64,000 nucleotides of DNA from assembly GCA_965207065.1 (NCBI GenBank), contig OZ242260.1, positions 800,001 through 864,000 on the forward strand, written 5' to 3'. Of the stretch, positions 20,130 through 29,427 are shown piece by piece. How positions within the stretch are numbered: position 1 is the first letter of the stretch; every line of letters begins with the position of its first letter. The translations under genes and the position numbers were made by a program. The notes below the pieces were generated by a model. It worked only from the letters and a program-made list of their open reading frames with translations. It did not search any database and was not told the origin of the DNA. This stretch comes from a bacterium (GTDB taxonomy: Bacteria; UBA8248).

Positions 20130-21434
20130 TCACATCGCGGCGGGATACGGGCTGCCCAGCGGACAGCGGCCCAGAGAGATGTGCGCCTCGAATTCATCGT
20201 GAAATTTCGTCAGGAACGCGCCGAACATCATGGCGCATGCATCAGACAACACGCAGATGGTGTTGCCGCGCATGTTGGGGTCTATCGAGGCGAGCGTATC
20301 CAGATCGTCGGGAACTCCCTCGCCCCGCTCCATGCGCGCCAGAATCTCGGACACCCAGCCGGTCCCCTCCCGGCAGACCGAGCACTGCCCGCAGGATTCG
20401 TGCTCGAAAAAGGCGGCGAGCCTGCCCGCTGCCTGCACCATGCACGTCGTTTCGTCCATGACGATGACCCCCCCGCTGCCGCCCATGCTGCCCGCCTTGG
20501 CCAGGGAGTCGAAATCCATCGTCACCTTGTCTTCATATACTTCCTTTGCGGTGAGGGCGGGCGCGCTCGCGCCGCCGGGTATCACCGCTTTTAGGGCAGC
20601 CCCGTTCCGCATGCCGCCGCAGTGCTCGTGAATCATCTCCTCGCACGTGAGGCCGAGCGGGAGTTCATACAGGCCCGGCTTCGCCACGTGGCCCGAGACG
20701 CAGTACATGCGGGTGCCCGAGTTCTTCTCATCGATTCCGATGCCGGCGAACCACTCCGCCCCCTTGTTCACGATGTGGGGGAGATTCGCGAGGGTCTCCA
20801 CGTTGTTGATGACCGTGGGCCGCGCATACAGGCCGATCACCGCGGGAAACGGTGGCTTCAAGCGCGGGTGTCCGCGCTTGCCCTCGAGCGATTCCAGAAG
20901 ACCCGTCTCCTCGCCGCAAATGTAGGCGCCCGCGCCGCGGTGGGTGTAGATATCGCACGAAAAACCGCTGCCCATGATGTTTTGGCCGATGTAGCCCTTC
21001 TCGTATGCCTCTGCCAGGGCCTTCTCCACCGCGCGCCAGGGAGCGACGAACTCGCCGCGGATGTAGATGTAGGCCTTCTCGATGCCCACGGCGTAGCAGG
21101 CGATGAGGATGCCCTCGATAAGCTGGTGCGGGTCGCGCAGCATGAGTTCGCGGTCCTTGAACGTGCCGGGTTCTCCCTCGTCCGCGTTGACGGCAAGGTA
21201 TTTCGGCCCGTCCACCTGGGGCACGAAGCTCCACTTCAGGCCGCAGGGGAACCCCGCGCCGCCGCGCCCGCGCAGGCCCGAGGACTTCACGAGTTCAATG
21301 ACGTCTGTGGGTTCGACGCCGCCCAGGAGCTTCCGCATCGCCTCATAACCGCCCGTGGCTTCATAGCCGGCGATATGGGGCGCGTCGGGGTTGTCGAACC
21401 GGCCCGTCACGATTTTCTCTAATACCAACGCCAT
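20130..21434 (-). CDS. nuoF: NADH-quinone oxidoreductase subunit F (FMN/NADH-binding)
   Basis: GLRGRGGAGFP, NADEGEPGTFKDR, GAGAYICGEET and ESCGQCSVCREG; ATG at 21434 right after the nuoE stop. Confidence 0.97.
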   Translation of the reverse strand: MALVLEKIVTGRFDNPDAPHIAGYEATGGYEAMRKLLGGVEPTDVIELVKSSGLRGRGGAGFPCGLKWSFVPQVDGPKYLAVNADEGEPGTFKDRELMLRDPHQLIEGILIACYAVGIEKAYIYIRGEFVAPWRAVEKALAEAYEKGYIGQNIMGSGFSCDIYTHRGAGAYICGEETGLLESLEGKRGHPRLKPPFPAVIGLYARPTVINNVETLANLPHIVNKGAEWFAGIGIDEKNSGTRMYCVSGHVAKPGLYELPLGLTCEEMIHEHCGGMRNGAALKAVIPGGASAPALTAKEVYEDKVTMDFDSLAKAGSMGGSGGVIVMDETTCMVQAAGRLAAFFEHESCGQCSVCREGTGWVSEILARMERGEGVPDDLDTLASIDPNMRGNTICVLSDACAMMFGAFLTKFHDEFEAHISLGRCPLGSPYPAAM

Positions 21435-21436
21435 CT

Positions 21437-22045
21437 TCAGACTCCTCGGCCCTGGCCTTCGCCGTCTGTTTCTTCGGCGCCTGCCAGGGCGGGCGACGCG
21501 ACTTCGTCCGCCCCGATGGGCGAGACGGACTCGCCATTTTCCAGCACGCTCAGGATATCGTTCATAATCTCGGGTGTTACGCGCTCGAAGTAGTCTTCGT
21601 TCACCTGCACGCAGGGAGCGCCGCCGCAGGCGCCCAGGCACTCGACCGCCTCGATCGAGAACTTCCCGTCCTCGCGCGTGTGGCCGGTGCGGCAATCCAG
21701 GCGGTTTTCGATATCGCGCAGCAGCCTGCCCGCTCCCATGAGGGCGCAGGAGAGGTTGTTGCACACCTGTACGTGGTACTCGCCGATAGGCTGGGTCTTG
21801 AGCATGGTGTAGAAGCTCACCACGCCCCACACCTCCATGGGGGAGACCTCGAAAATCTCGGCCACGTGCTGCATCACCGCGCTGGTGATGAAGCCCTCCT
21901 GCTCCTGGGCCAACTGGAGCGCGGGGATGAGGGCCGAGCGCTTTACCGGATACTTGGCGATGATGCGCTCTAATTCCGCGCGGTTCTCGGGCGAGAACTC
22001 GAAGCGTTCTTCCTGCCCGGAATGGGGAAACCGTATCAACGCCAA
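21437..22045 (-). CDS. nuoE: NADH-quinone oxidoreductase subunit E
   Basis: VCNNLSCALMG and ECLGACGGAP [2Fe-2S] ligands. Confidence 0.95.
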   Translation of the reverse strand: MALIRFPHSGQEERFEFSPENRAELERIIAKYPVKRSALIPALQLAQEQEGFITSAVMQHVAEIFEVSPMEVWGVVSFYTMLKTQPIGEYHVQVCNNLSCALMGAGRLLRDIENRLDCRTGHTREDGKFSIEAVECLGACGGAPCVQVNEDYFERVTPEIMNDILSVLENGESVSPIGADEVASPALAGAEETDGEGQGRGV

Positions 22046-22069
22046 AACGAGGCCATCCTCTATTTTACT

Positions 22070-23296
22070 CTAGCGATCTATCTCGCCCAAAACGATGTCG
22101 ATGCTGCCGATGGCGGCCACGACGTCGCCCATCAGCCCGCCCCGGGTGATCTCGGAGAGCGCGTGAAGATTCGCGAAACTAGGCGCGCGCACTTTTACCT
22201 TATAAGGACCGGGACTGCCATCGCTGATCATGTAATAGCCAAGCTCTCCCCGGGGGGATTCGATGGCCTGATACACCTCGCCCTCGGGCACGCTGTAGCC
22301 TTCGGTGAATATCTTGAAGTGGTGGATCAGCGCTTCCATGTCGTGGGCCAGCTGCTCCTTGGGCGGCGGCACCACCTTGGGGTTGTCCGCCATGAGGGGA
22401 CCCTCGGGCATTCCTTCGAGCGCCTGCATGGCGATGCGCCGGGACTCGCGCATCTCCGCGATTCGCACCAGATACCTGTCCAGAATATCGCCCCGCTCGC
22501 CCACGGGCACCTCGAAGTCGAATTCCTCATAGCCCGAGTAGGGCTCGTTCTTCCGGATGTCATACGCAACGCCGCAGGCTCTGAGCAACGGCCCCGTGAT
22601 GCCGAGCGCATAGGCCTCATCGGCCGTCATGGCGCAAACGCCCTCCGCGCGGCGTCTGTAGATGGGGTTGTTCGTGAGAAGTTCTTCATACTCGTCCACG
22701 CGGTCAGAGAAGGGTTCAAGAAACGCCCGGCAATCCTCGTAAAACGTCGGGTAGGGCTCGCGCGCGACGCCGCCCACGCGGAAATAGCTCGTCATCATGC
22801 GGACGCCGGCGACTTTCTCGAAAATCTTCAAGAGCTGCTCGCGCTCCCGGAAGCAATAGAGAAAGACCGTCATCGCGCCCAGATCGAGCGCGTGGGTGCC
22901 CAGCCAGACGAGGTGGCTGTTCAGGCGCGTCATCTCGGCGAGCAGAACGCGAAGATACTTGCAGCGGCGGGGAACCTCCATATCCAGGAGCTTCTCCACG
23001 GCCAGCACGAAGCCGAGGTTGTTCGACATGGGCGCCAGGTAATCCATGCGGTCGGTCATGGGGAGGGCCTTGTTGTAGGTTCTCTCCTCCATGTTCTTCT
23101 CGATGCCGGTATGCAGGTAGCCGATGATGGGCTTGCACGTGAGCACCGTCTCGCCGTCGAGCTCGAGCACCACGCGCAGAACACCGTGGGTGCTCGGATG
23201 CTGCGGCCCCATGTTGAGCGTCATGGTCTCGGTCTGGATGGGACCGAGCATGTCGCTGTCGAGTGGGTCCGTGCTTTGCGCTTGCGTGGCCATCAA
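22070..23296 (-). CDS. nuoD: NADH-quinone oxidoreductase subunit D (full operon)
   Basis: NMGPQHPSTHGVLR, DRMDY, MEALIHHFK and IDIVLGEIDR. Confidence 0.97.
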   Translation of the reverse strand: MMATQAQSTDPLDSDMLGPIQTETMTLNMGPQHPSTHGVLRVVLELDGETVLTCKPIIGYLHTGIEKNMEERTYNKALPMTDRMDYLAPMSNNLGFVLAVEKLLDMEVPRRCKYLRVLLAEMTRLNSHLVWLGTHALDLGAMTVFLYCFREREQLLKIFEKVAGVRMMTSYFRVGGVAREPYPTFYEDCRAFLEPFSDRVDEYEELLTNNPIYRRRAEGVCAMTADEAYALGITGPLLRACGVAYDIRKNEPYSGYEEFDFEVPVGERGDILDRYLVRIAEMRESRRIAMQALEGMPEGPLMADNPKVVPPPKEQLAHDMEALIHHFKIFTEGYSVPEGEVYQAIESPRGELGYYMISDGSPGPYKVKVRAPSFANLHALSEITRGGLMGDVVAAIGSIDIVLGEIDR

Positions 23297-23311
23297 TGGC
23301 TCCCGTGATCC

Positions 23312-23884
23312 TTATTCCGCCGCCCTGGGCTTGCCGGCAGGCGTATCCCTGAACGTGAACGCCACCGGCTCGGCGGAGATGTCGAAATCCTTGCGGTGGG
23401 GGTGCCCCTCGAATCCCTCGGGTGTGAGGATGCGCTCGAGGTCGGGGTGCCCCTCGAAGGTGATTCCCAACAGGTCGTACGCCTCGCTCTCATGGAGCCT
23501 CGCGCCCGGCCATATTCCGCAGACGCTGGGCATCGCCGGTTCGAGATCATCCGCGCAGGGCGCTTCGAGGCGCAGCCGCCGCGATTTTTCGGGATTCAGG
23601 AGCGAATACGTCACCTTGAACCGGTAAGAAACCGGCAACTCCAGACAATCCACCCCGCAGACGAAGCTCAGCAGCTTGTAGCCTCTTTCACCGCGCAGAA
23701 AACGCGCCGCTTCGAGCAGGGCGTCCGGCGCGACCTGTGCGGATATCTGCCCGCGATGTTCCGTCGCTCCAAGGAAGCCGGCCCCGATTTTCGCCTGAAG
23801 CAAAACGAGGTCGGGGTCTTTCTTCTCGATCGGCTCCTCGGCCGGTTCTTCGACCTCCTCCTGCTCCCGTTCCTCTTCACTCAA
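23312..23884 (-). CDS. nuoC: NADH-quinone oxidoreductase subunit C (full operon)
   Basis: ESEAYDLLGITFEGHPDLERIL..GHPHRKDF. Confidence 0.95.
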   Translation of the reverse strand: MSEEEREQEEVEEPAEEPIEKKDPDLVLLQAKIGAGFLGATEHRGQISAQVAPDALLEAARFLRGERGYKLLSFVCGVDCLELPVSYRFKVTYSLLNPEKSRRLRLEAPCADDLEPAMPSVCGIWPGARLHESEAYDLLGITFEGHPDLERILTPEGFEGHPHRKDFDISAEPVAFTFRDTPAGKPRAAE

Positions 23885-23996
23885 CGGCTCAACCCCTCAT
23901 TCCACAAAGGTTTGTTTTACTTCACGAAAAAGCGCTCACCCCGCCCCTGAGTCGACTATCACAACTCACATGGCGTGGGGAGCCTTCTCACATCAT

Positions 23997-24494
23997 CTAA
24001 AGCGAGGTGACGCCGGAATCCTCTCGGTAGAGCGTTTCGTCCGCAATTTTCGCCTGCAGCTTCATGATCCCGTCGATGAGCGTTTCGGGGCGCGGCGGAC
24101 AGCCCGGCACGTAGATATCGACGGGCACGACCTCGTCCACGCCCTGCACGAGCGCGTAGTTGTTGAATATCCCGCCCGTGGACGCGCACGCGCCCATGGA
24201 GATCACCCATTTCGGCTCGGGCATCTGATCGTATATCTGCCGGAGCACGGGCGCCATCTTCCGCGATACCCGGCCCGCCACGATCATCAAATCCGCCTGT
24301 CGGGGCGAGGCGCGGAACACCTCGGCGCCGAAGCGCGAGATGTCGTATTTCGCAGCCGAAGTCGACATCATCTCGATGGCGCAGCAAGCCAGCCCGAAAA
24401 GCGCCGGCCACAGGCTGTTCTTACGCGCCCATTTGATGACGTCGGTCGCGCGGCCCAGCACCACCTGGCCTTCGAGTTGCTGTTCTAGTCCCAT
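23997..24494 (-). CDS. nuoB: NADH-quinone oxidoreductase subunit B (full operon)
   Basis: [19 protein letters not shown] and [11 protein letters not shown] at 24494 overlaps the nuoA stop. Confidence 0.96.
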   Translation of the reverse strand: MGLEQQLEGQVVLGRATDVIKWARKNSLWPALFGLACCAIEMMSTSAAKYDISRFGAEVFRASPRQADLMIVAGRVSRKMAPVLRQIYDQMPEPKWVISMGACASTGGIFNNYALVQGVDEVVPVDIYVPGCPPRPETLIDGIMKLQAKIADETLYREDSGVTSL

Positions 24495-24841
24495 TCGAGC
24501 GCTCCCCGGCGCCACTCGTATATCAGACTGGCCACCAGCAAAGCCATGAAAGGCAGAATCGCGATAAACCCGTATACGCCCAGGCTTTTCAGGTTCACCG
24601 CCCATGGAAACAGGAAGATGGTCTCCACGTCGAAAACGATGAACAATATCGCCACCAGAAAGAATTTCACGCTGAAACGTCCCCGCGCGTTCGATTCGGG
24701 CACGATGCCGCACTCGTAGGCGAAATCCTTCTCCACCGTGGACTTGCGCCTGCCCAGCAGGAACGTCACGCCCAGGTTCACGACGGCGAACCCGACCGCC
24801 AGCGCTATCAGAATCAATATGGGTATATATTCTTCCGGCAT
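24485..24841 (-). CDS. nuoA: NADH-quinone oxidoreductase subunit A (full operon)
   Basis: [20 protein letters not shown] and [10 protein letters not shown]. Confidence 0.95.
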   Translation of the reverse strand: MPEEYIPILILIALAVGFAVVNLGVTFLLGRRKSTVEKDFAYECGIVPESNARGRFSVKFFLVAILFIVFDVETIFLFPWAVNLKSLGVYGFIAILPFMALLVASLIYEWRRGALEWD

Positions 24842-25148
24842 TTCCCGCCCCCACGGCGCTCTAACACGCACTTTTTACTTATGCCACTTGGGATATCAAA
24901 TCGAGCGCATCTTACGGCTGGCATCCCGTGGTGTCAACAATTCGCCGCTCCATACGCCACAAACGGAAAACCGTCCCGGCTCCACAGGTCTCTCATTCCA
25001 CATCATGTCTCAATCGCGGGAATTTGTCATTTTCTTGCCCCTGAAAATAAGGTATTTTGTTCTTGCCGCCATCTGTCGCCCGGGAGAATGGCGCAACTGA
25101 ACGAAATCCCGGGACGTCCTTCCGCGCGCGGGCATGAGGGTTTGAGCC

Positions 25149-26279
25149 ATGAACGAACCGAATCCACTCACCAAGGCGCATCTCGACGCCTTGAGAAGCG
25201 AATTCGAGGAACTGAGCAGGCTCCAGGTGGGCTATCCCTGCAACCAGAGCTTCGATTACTCGGATTTGCTGCCCTTCATGGAATACAGCCTCAACAACGT
25301 GGGCGACCCCTTTCACGACAGCAATTTCCGCAGCAACACCCATGAGATCGAGCGCGAGGTCATCGCCCGCTTCGCCTCGTTGATGCGCCTGGAGCAGGAG
25401 CAGGCCTGGGGCTACGTCACCTCCGGCGGAACCGAGGGCAACATGTACGGCATCTACATGGGGCGCGAACTGTTCCCGGACGGGGTGGTCTATTTCTCCC
25501 AGGACACGCACTACAGCGTCCTCAAGATCCTGCGCGTGCTGAACGTGCGCAACATCATGATCAAGAGCAGCGAGAACGGAGAAATCGACTACGAGGACCT
25601 CCGCGAGACCATCCGCATCCACCGTGACGCGCCGGTCATCTTCATGGCGAACATCGGCTCCACAATGAAAGGCGCCATTGACGACGTGAGCAAGGTGCGC
25701 GCCATCCTGGACGATCTGGCTATCACGAACGCCTACATACACGCGGACGCCGCCTTAAGCGGCATGATCCTGCCCTTCGTCGACGACCCGCAGCCCTACG
25801 GCTTCGACGCCGGTTTCGACAGCGTCTCCATCAGCGGTCACAAGCTCATCGGCTGCCCGCTGCCCTGCGGCGTCGTGCTGACGAAGCGCGATTACGTGGC
25901 GCGCATCGCGCGCTCGATAGAGTACGTGGGCGTGCTCGACACCACGCTGCCCGGCTCGCGCAGCGGGCTTACGCCGCTCATGCTGTGGTACGCCTTCGAG
26001 CGCCTGGGGATGGACGGGTTCCGGGAACTCGTGAAGGAGATGCTGGCTGTCGCCGCGTACGCAGTCGAGAGCTTTGGCGAGTTCGGCATCCCTGCCTGGC
26101 GTCACAAGAACTCGGTGACGGTCGTTTTTCCGAGACCCCCGGCCGAGGTGATGCGCAAGTGGCAGATCGCGCCGCTGGGAGACATCGCCCACATCATCAC
26201 CATGCCGCACGTCACGCGCGAGATGGTGAACGAGTTCGTCGACGACTGCGTGAAGCATAAACACAGGCAAACGGCCTGA
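25149..26279 (+). CDS. hdc: PLP-dependent group II decarboxylase, histidine (or serine) decarboxylase-like
   Basis: GYPCNQ, LNNVGDPF, WGYVTSGGTEGNMYG, IHADAALSG and SISGHK (PLP Lys); 376 aa as in bacterial Hdc. Confidence 0.85.
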   Translation: MNEPNPLTKAHLDALRSEFEELSRLQVGYPCNQSFDYSDLLPFMEYSLNNVGDPFHDSNFRSNTHEIEREVIARFASLMRLEQEQAWGYVTSGGTEGNMYGIYMGRELFPDGVVYFSQDTHYSVLKILRVLNVRNIMIKSSENGEIDYEDLRETIRIHRDAPVIFMANIGSTMKGAIDDVSKVRAILDDLAITNAYIHADAALSGMILPFVDDPQPYGFDAGFDSVSISGHKLIGCPLPCGVVLTKRDYVARIARSIEYVGVLDTTLPGSRSGLTPLMLWYAFERLGMDGFRELVKEMLAVAAYAVESFGEFGIPAWRHKNSVTVVFPRPPAEVMRKWQIAPLGDIAHIITMPHVTREMVNEFVDDCVKHKHRQTA

Positions 26280-26291
26280 GGAGGATTCTGG

Positions 26292-26684
26292 ATGAATCGA
26301 ATCATCATCACGGTGCGCGACGAGGTCGGCGTCATCGCGGATATCAGCAAGGCGCTGGCCGATGAATCCATCAATATCGAGGCGATCAACACCGAGGTCG
26401 CGGGCGAGAAAGGCGTCGTCATCCTCACCACGAACGAGCCCGACCGCGCCCTGCGCGTGCTCATGAACGCGGGCTTCCGCGCGATCTCGGACGAGGCGAC
26501 GGTCATCAGGCTGCGCGACGAGCCGGGCGCTCTCGCCAAGGTGGCGGAGAAATTCAAGGTCGCGGGCGTGAACATCCAGAGCATGCACATCCTGAACCGC
26601 CACGCCGGTTACGCGAACGTCGCCCTCACCGCGGATGACGACGCGAAGGCCAAGGTGCTGTTAGAAAACGAGGACGTTCTCTGA
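26292..26684 (+). CDS. Tandem ACT-domain protein
   Basis: Two ACT repeats: RDEVGVIADISKALADESINI and RDEPGALAKVAEKFKVAGVNI; GAGGA RBS. Confidence 0.85.
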   Translation: MNRIIITVRDEVGVIADISKALADESINIEAINTEVAGEKGVVILTTNEPDRALRVLMNAGFRAISDEATVIRLRDEPGALAKVAEKFKVAGVNIQSMHILNRHAGYANVALTADDDAKAKVLLENEDVL

Positions 26685-26713
26685 GGATTCGCGTGAGGGG
26701 CATTCCCGGTTTT

Positions 26714-26871
26714 GTAGGGACAGGCCCCCGTGCCTGTCCGAGGCCGCGACCTGTCTTTAAGAGGTTGTGGGGTTTTGTTCTTCATTCCGGCGAAAGCCGG
26801 AATCCGGAACCGATCAGGAAAGAAAATCCAAAGGGCGGCCTCAAAATCACTCCACCCTTGAGGGGGAGTGA
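26714..26871. repeat. Cluster of three short REP-like palindromes
   Basis: GTAG-GGACAGGC-CCCCGT-GCCTGTCC (26714-26739); ATTCCGGC-GAAA-GCCGGAAT (26784-26803); TCACTCCaCCC-TTGA-GGGGGAGTGA (26847-26871). Confidence 0.7.
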
Positions 26872-26970
26872 ACCTCAAAAGCGTTCGCGCAACCAAAATT
26901 CGTTTCCCGGAAGTTTTTCAACAGCCTATTAAGGAAAAATGGGAAGGGAAACGCATCACCCCGGAAAACT

Positions 26971-27840
26971 TCACCCCGCCAGGATCAGAAGAACGATTCC
27001 CGCCAGGATCACCACGCCTCCCAGCATCGTTTCGCGGACGCGGTCACGCTCCTTGAAGAAAACGTAGCCGATACCGATGGCCAGGAGAATCTCGATCTGC
27101 TTCACCGATTCCACGTAGGAGGTGAGCGTGAGGCGGTAGGCCTCCGCCTGGGCGAGGCTCGTGATGAAGGCGAACAGCCCCAGGGATACGAAGCCTTTCC
27201 AGAGCCTGGGCGCGTGCTTAAAGTGCTCGGCGGATTTCCACAAGGTCAGCGGCAGCACGACGAGCGATGCCGCCGCATAGGTGGCGAACGTGCCGAAGGT
27301 GGCGTCTGAGAGCACCGCCGCCTGCTTGAAGGTGATCACCGAGGGCGCGTACAGCAGCGAGGCGAGCACGGTGTAGCGCATCCCCTTGTCGGTGAAGAGC
27401 GCGCGGACGGGCTCGAACCAGCCGATTCGCGCGCGAGAGACGTTCAGCCCGTAGACGCCTGCGAGGGTGACTAAAATACCCACGAGCCCCCAGGCCGAGG
27501 GCGCCTCGCCCAGCGTGATGAAAGCGAGCACCACCAGCCAGATGGTTGCGAGCTTCCACAGCGAGGTCACCACGCCCATCGAGCCGTACAGGAGCGCCTT
27601 CGAGAGCGCAAGCGTGGCCGAGGTCTGCAGGAAGCCGAAGAGGACGCAAAACCACCAGAAGCCGGGCTGTAACTCGGGCACGCCCCGCATCCACACCGCC
27701 ACGGCCGCGAAGGGGAGCAGGAACGCGAACCGCCCCAGCACGTTGATGTACTCATCGAGCTTGTGGCCGATAGATTTCATCGCCGCGTTTCTGAGCACCT
27801 GCGCGAGAGCCGCAATGACGGCGAGCGTCACCCAGTCCAT
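26971..27840 (-). CDS. EamA/DMT-family transporter
   Basis: 289 aa, about 10 TM in two repeats; LGE.PS..G..GI and C-terminal FFKER..GGVVILAGIVLL. Confidence 0.85.
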   Translation of the reverse strand: MDWVTLAVIAALAQVLRNAAMKSIGHKLDEYINVLGRFAFLLPFAAVAVWMRGVPELQPGFWWFCVLFGFLQTSATLALSKALLYGSMGVVTSLWKLATIWLVVLAFITLGEAPSAWGLVGILVTLAGVYGLNVSRARIGWFEPVRALFTDKGMRYTVLASLLYAPSVITFKQAAVLSDATFGTFATYAAASLVVLPLTLWKSAEHFKHAPRLWKGFVSLGLFAFITSLAQAEAYRLTLTSYVESVKQIEILLAIGIGYVFFKERDRVRETMLGGVVILAGIVLLILAG

Positions 27841-28046
27841 GTCATTCTCCTATACTCCCTTGCCACGTGAAACCAGCGCCATTTCTACGCGCACTTTAGG
27901 CTTAAGTCCAACAGCGAGGGGTTTCCAGGCTCTTACGAAAGACGCCCTCCCAATGCGAAGTGAAATCCCTCTCCCGTCTGACACGGACTCGCGCGGTGTG
28001 CTAATCTGGCGATGCTGATTCTATCCCCGGAAAGGAGTTTTTTCTC

Positions 28047-29075
28047 ATGATCCGCGACGACGTATTCGTATTCGACAACGTGGTGCACATGTACGACTAC
28101 TCGGATGAGAACCTCGTCTCGGAGCAAAGCGAATACGACCGCCACTACCACGTGAGCAAGGTGCTGCGCCGTAGGCGAACCGCGCCCACGGACGTCTACG
28201 CGAACTGGCACCCGGTGGAGGGCTTCAAGCGCCGCTGGAGCGTGGAGGACATGGGCCGCCTCGTTTTCGAGGATTCGGGCACCGACATGGCGATGGCCCA
28301 GGCCGTACCCCTGTTCGACCTGTATAAAGACGGCTTCGCGCCCGTGAAGGCGCAGTACGCCTTCGCGCAGGCCTATCCCGAACGCTGCCTGTTCTGCGGG
28401 GCCGTGGACCCCATGTACCCCAGCGTGGCTGCAGCGTGCGAGGAGATGGAGCGCCAGGTGAAAGAGTGGGGAGCGAAATCCATGAAAATCTACAACGCCC
28501 ACGTGGACGGGAAATCCTGGGCGTGCGACGACCCCGAAATCGCCTACCCCCTCTATGAGAAAGGGCGCGAACTCGGCATCGAGGTATTCCAGTTCCACAA
28601 GGGAAACCCCATCACGCGGGCGAAGCTGCGCGACTTATCGCCGCTCGACATCGAGGGCGCGGCCCTCGATTTTCCCGATCTGCTCTTCGGCATCCACCAC
28701 CTGGCGGTGCCCTACTTCGAGGAAGTCGTCTGGATGGCGAACCGCTACGAGAACGTCTTCCTCGTGCTCTCGGGCATCGGCCATACGCCCATGGTCGCGC
28801 CCAGGACCTTCACCGAGTGGATGGGCAGATTGTTGCGCGACGTGGGCTCCGAGAGAGTGCTCTGGGGTTCCGAGATGGCGCTTCTGGGGAACGCGAAGCC
28901 CGTTATCGAGTGGATATGGGAGATGGAAATCCCCGAATCCATGCAGGATGACTACGGCTATCCGCAGATCACCGAAGAGGACAAGCGCAACATTCTGGGC
29001 CTGAACCAGGCGCGCATCTTCGGCGTGGACGTGGAGGCCAAAAAGCAGGAACTCTGGAGCGGAGCGGCTCGATGA
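28047..29075 (+). CDS. Amidohydrolase-2 family TIM-barrel protein
   Basis: FDNVVH, YPLYEK...FHKG, FPDL..IHH, RVLWGSE and KRNILGLNQARIFG. Confidence 0.8.
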   Translation: MIRDDVFVFDNVVHMYDYSDENLVSEQSEYDRHYHVSKVLRRRRTAPTDVYANWHPVEGFKRRWSVEDMGRLVFEDSGTDMAMAQAVPLFDLYKDGFAPVKAQYAFAQAYPERCLFCGAVDPMYPSVAAACEEMERQVKEWGAKSMKIYNAHVDGKSWACDDPEIAYPLYEKGRELGIEVFQFHKGNPITRAKLRDLSPLDIEGAALDFPDLLFGIHHLAVPYFEEVVWMANRYENVFLVLSGIGHTPMVAPRTFTEWMGRLLRDVGSERVLWGSEMALLGNAKPVIEWIWEMEIPESMQDDYGYPQITEEDKRNILGLNQARIFGVDVEAKKQELWSGAAR

Positions 29076-29410
29076 ACGAGCACGACGCCCTCGTAACCGA
29101 CGTCCAGGACATTATCGAGACGCAGATTCGCCCGCTACTCAAGATTCACGGCGGGGGCATCACGCTCGATAGCGTGAGCGAAAAAGGCGAAGTATCGCTG
29201 CGCTTCGAGGGCGCGTGCCGCGGCTGCATGCTCAAGAGCGTCACCTACGCCCTGGGCGTGCGCCAGAAGCTCATGCAGCACCCCGGCGTCACGGACGTCG
29301 CGGTCGAGGGCGTCCGAATTTCGGATCACGCCATCAAACGGGTGGAGAAATTCTACTCCGGCTATTCGTTTTGGGTGGGGCAACCGCTCAAAGACCAATC
29401 ATCGTCTTGA
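29072..29410 (+). CDS. NifU C-terminal (Nfu) domain protein
   Basis: IRPLLKIHGGGI...FEGACRGC (Nfu CxxC); ATGA overlap with the upstream gene. Confidence 0.85.
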   Translation: MNEHDALVTDVQDIIETQIRPLLKIHGGGITLDSVSEKGEVSLRFEGACRGCMLKSVTYALGVRQKLMQHPGVTDVAVEGVRISDHAIKRVEKFYSGYSFWVGQPLKDQSSS

Positions 29411-29427
29411 TCGCATCGCGCTACCAG

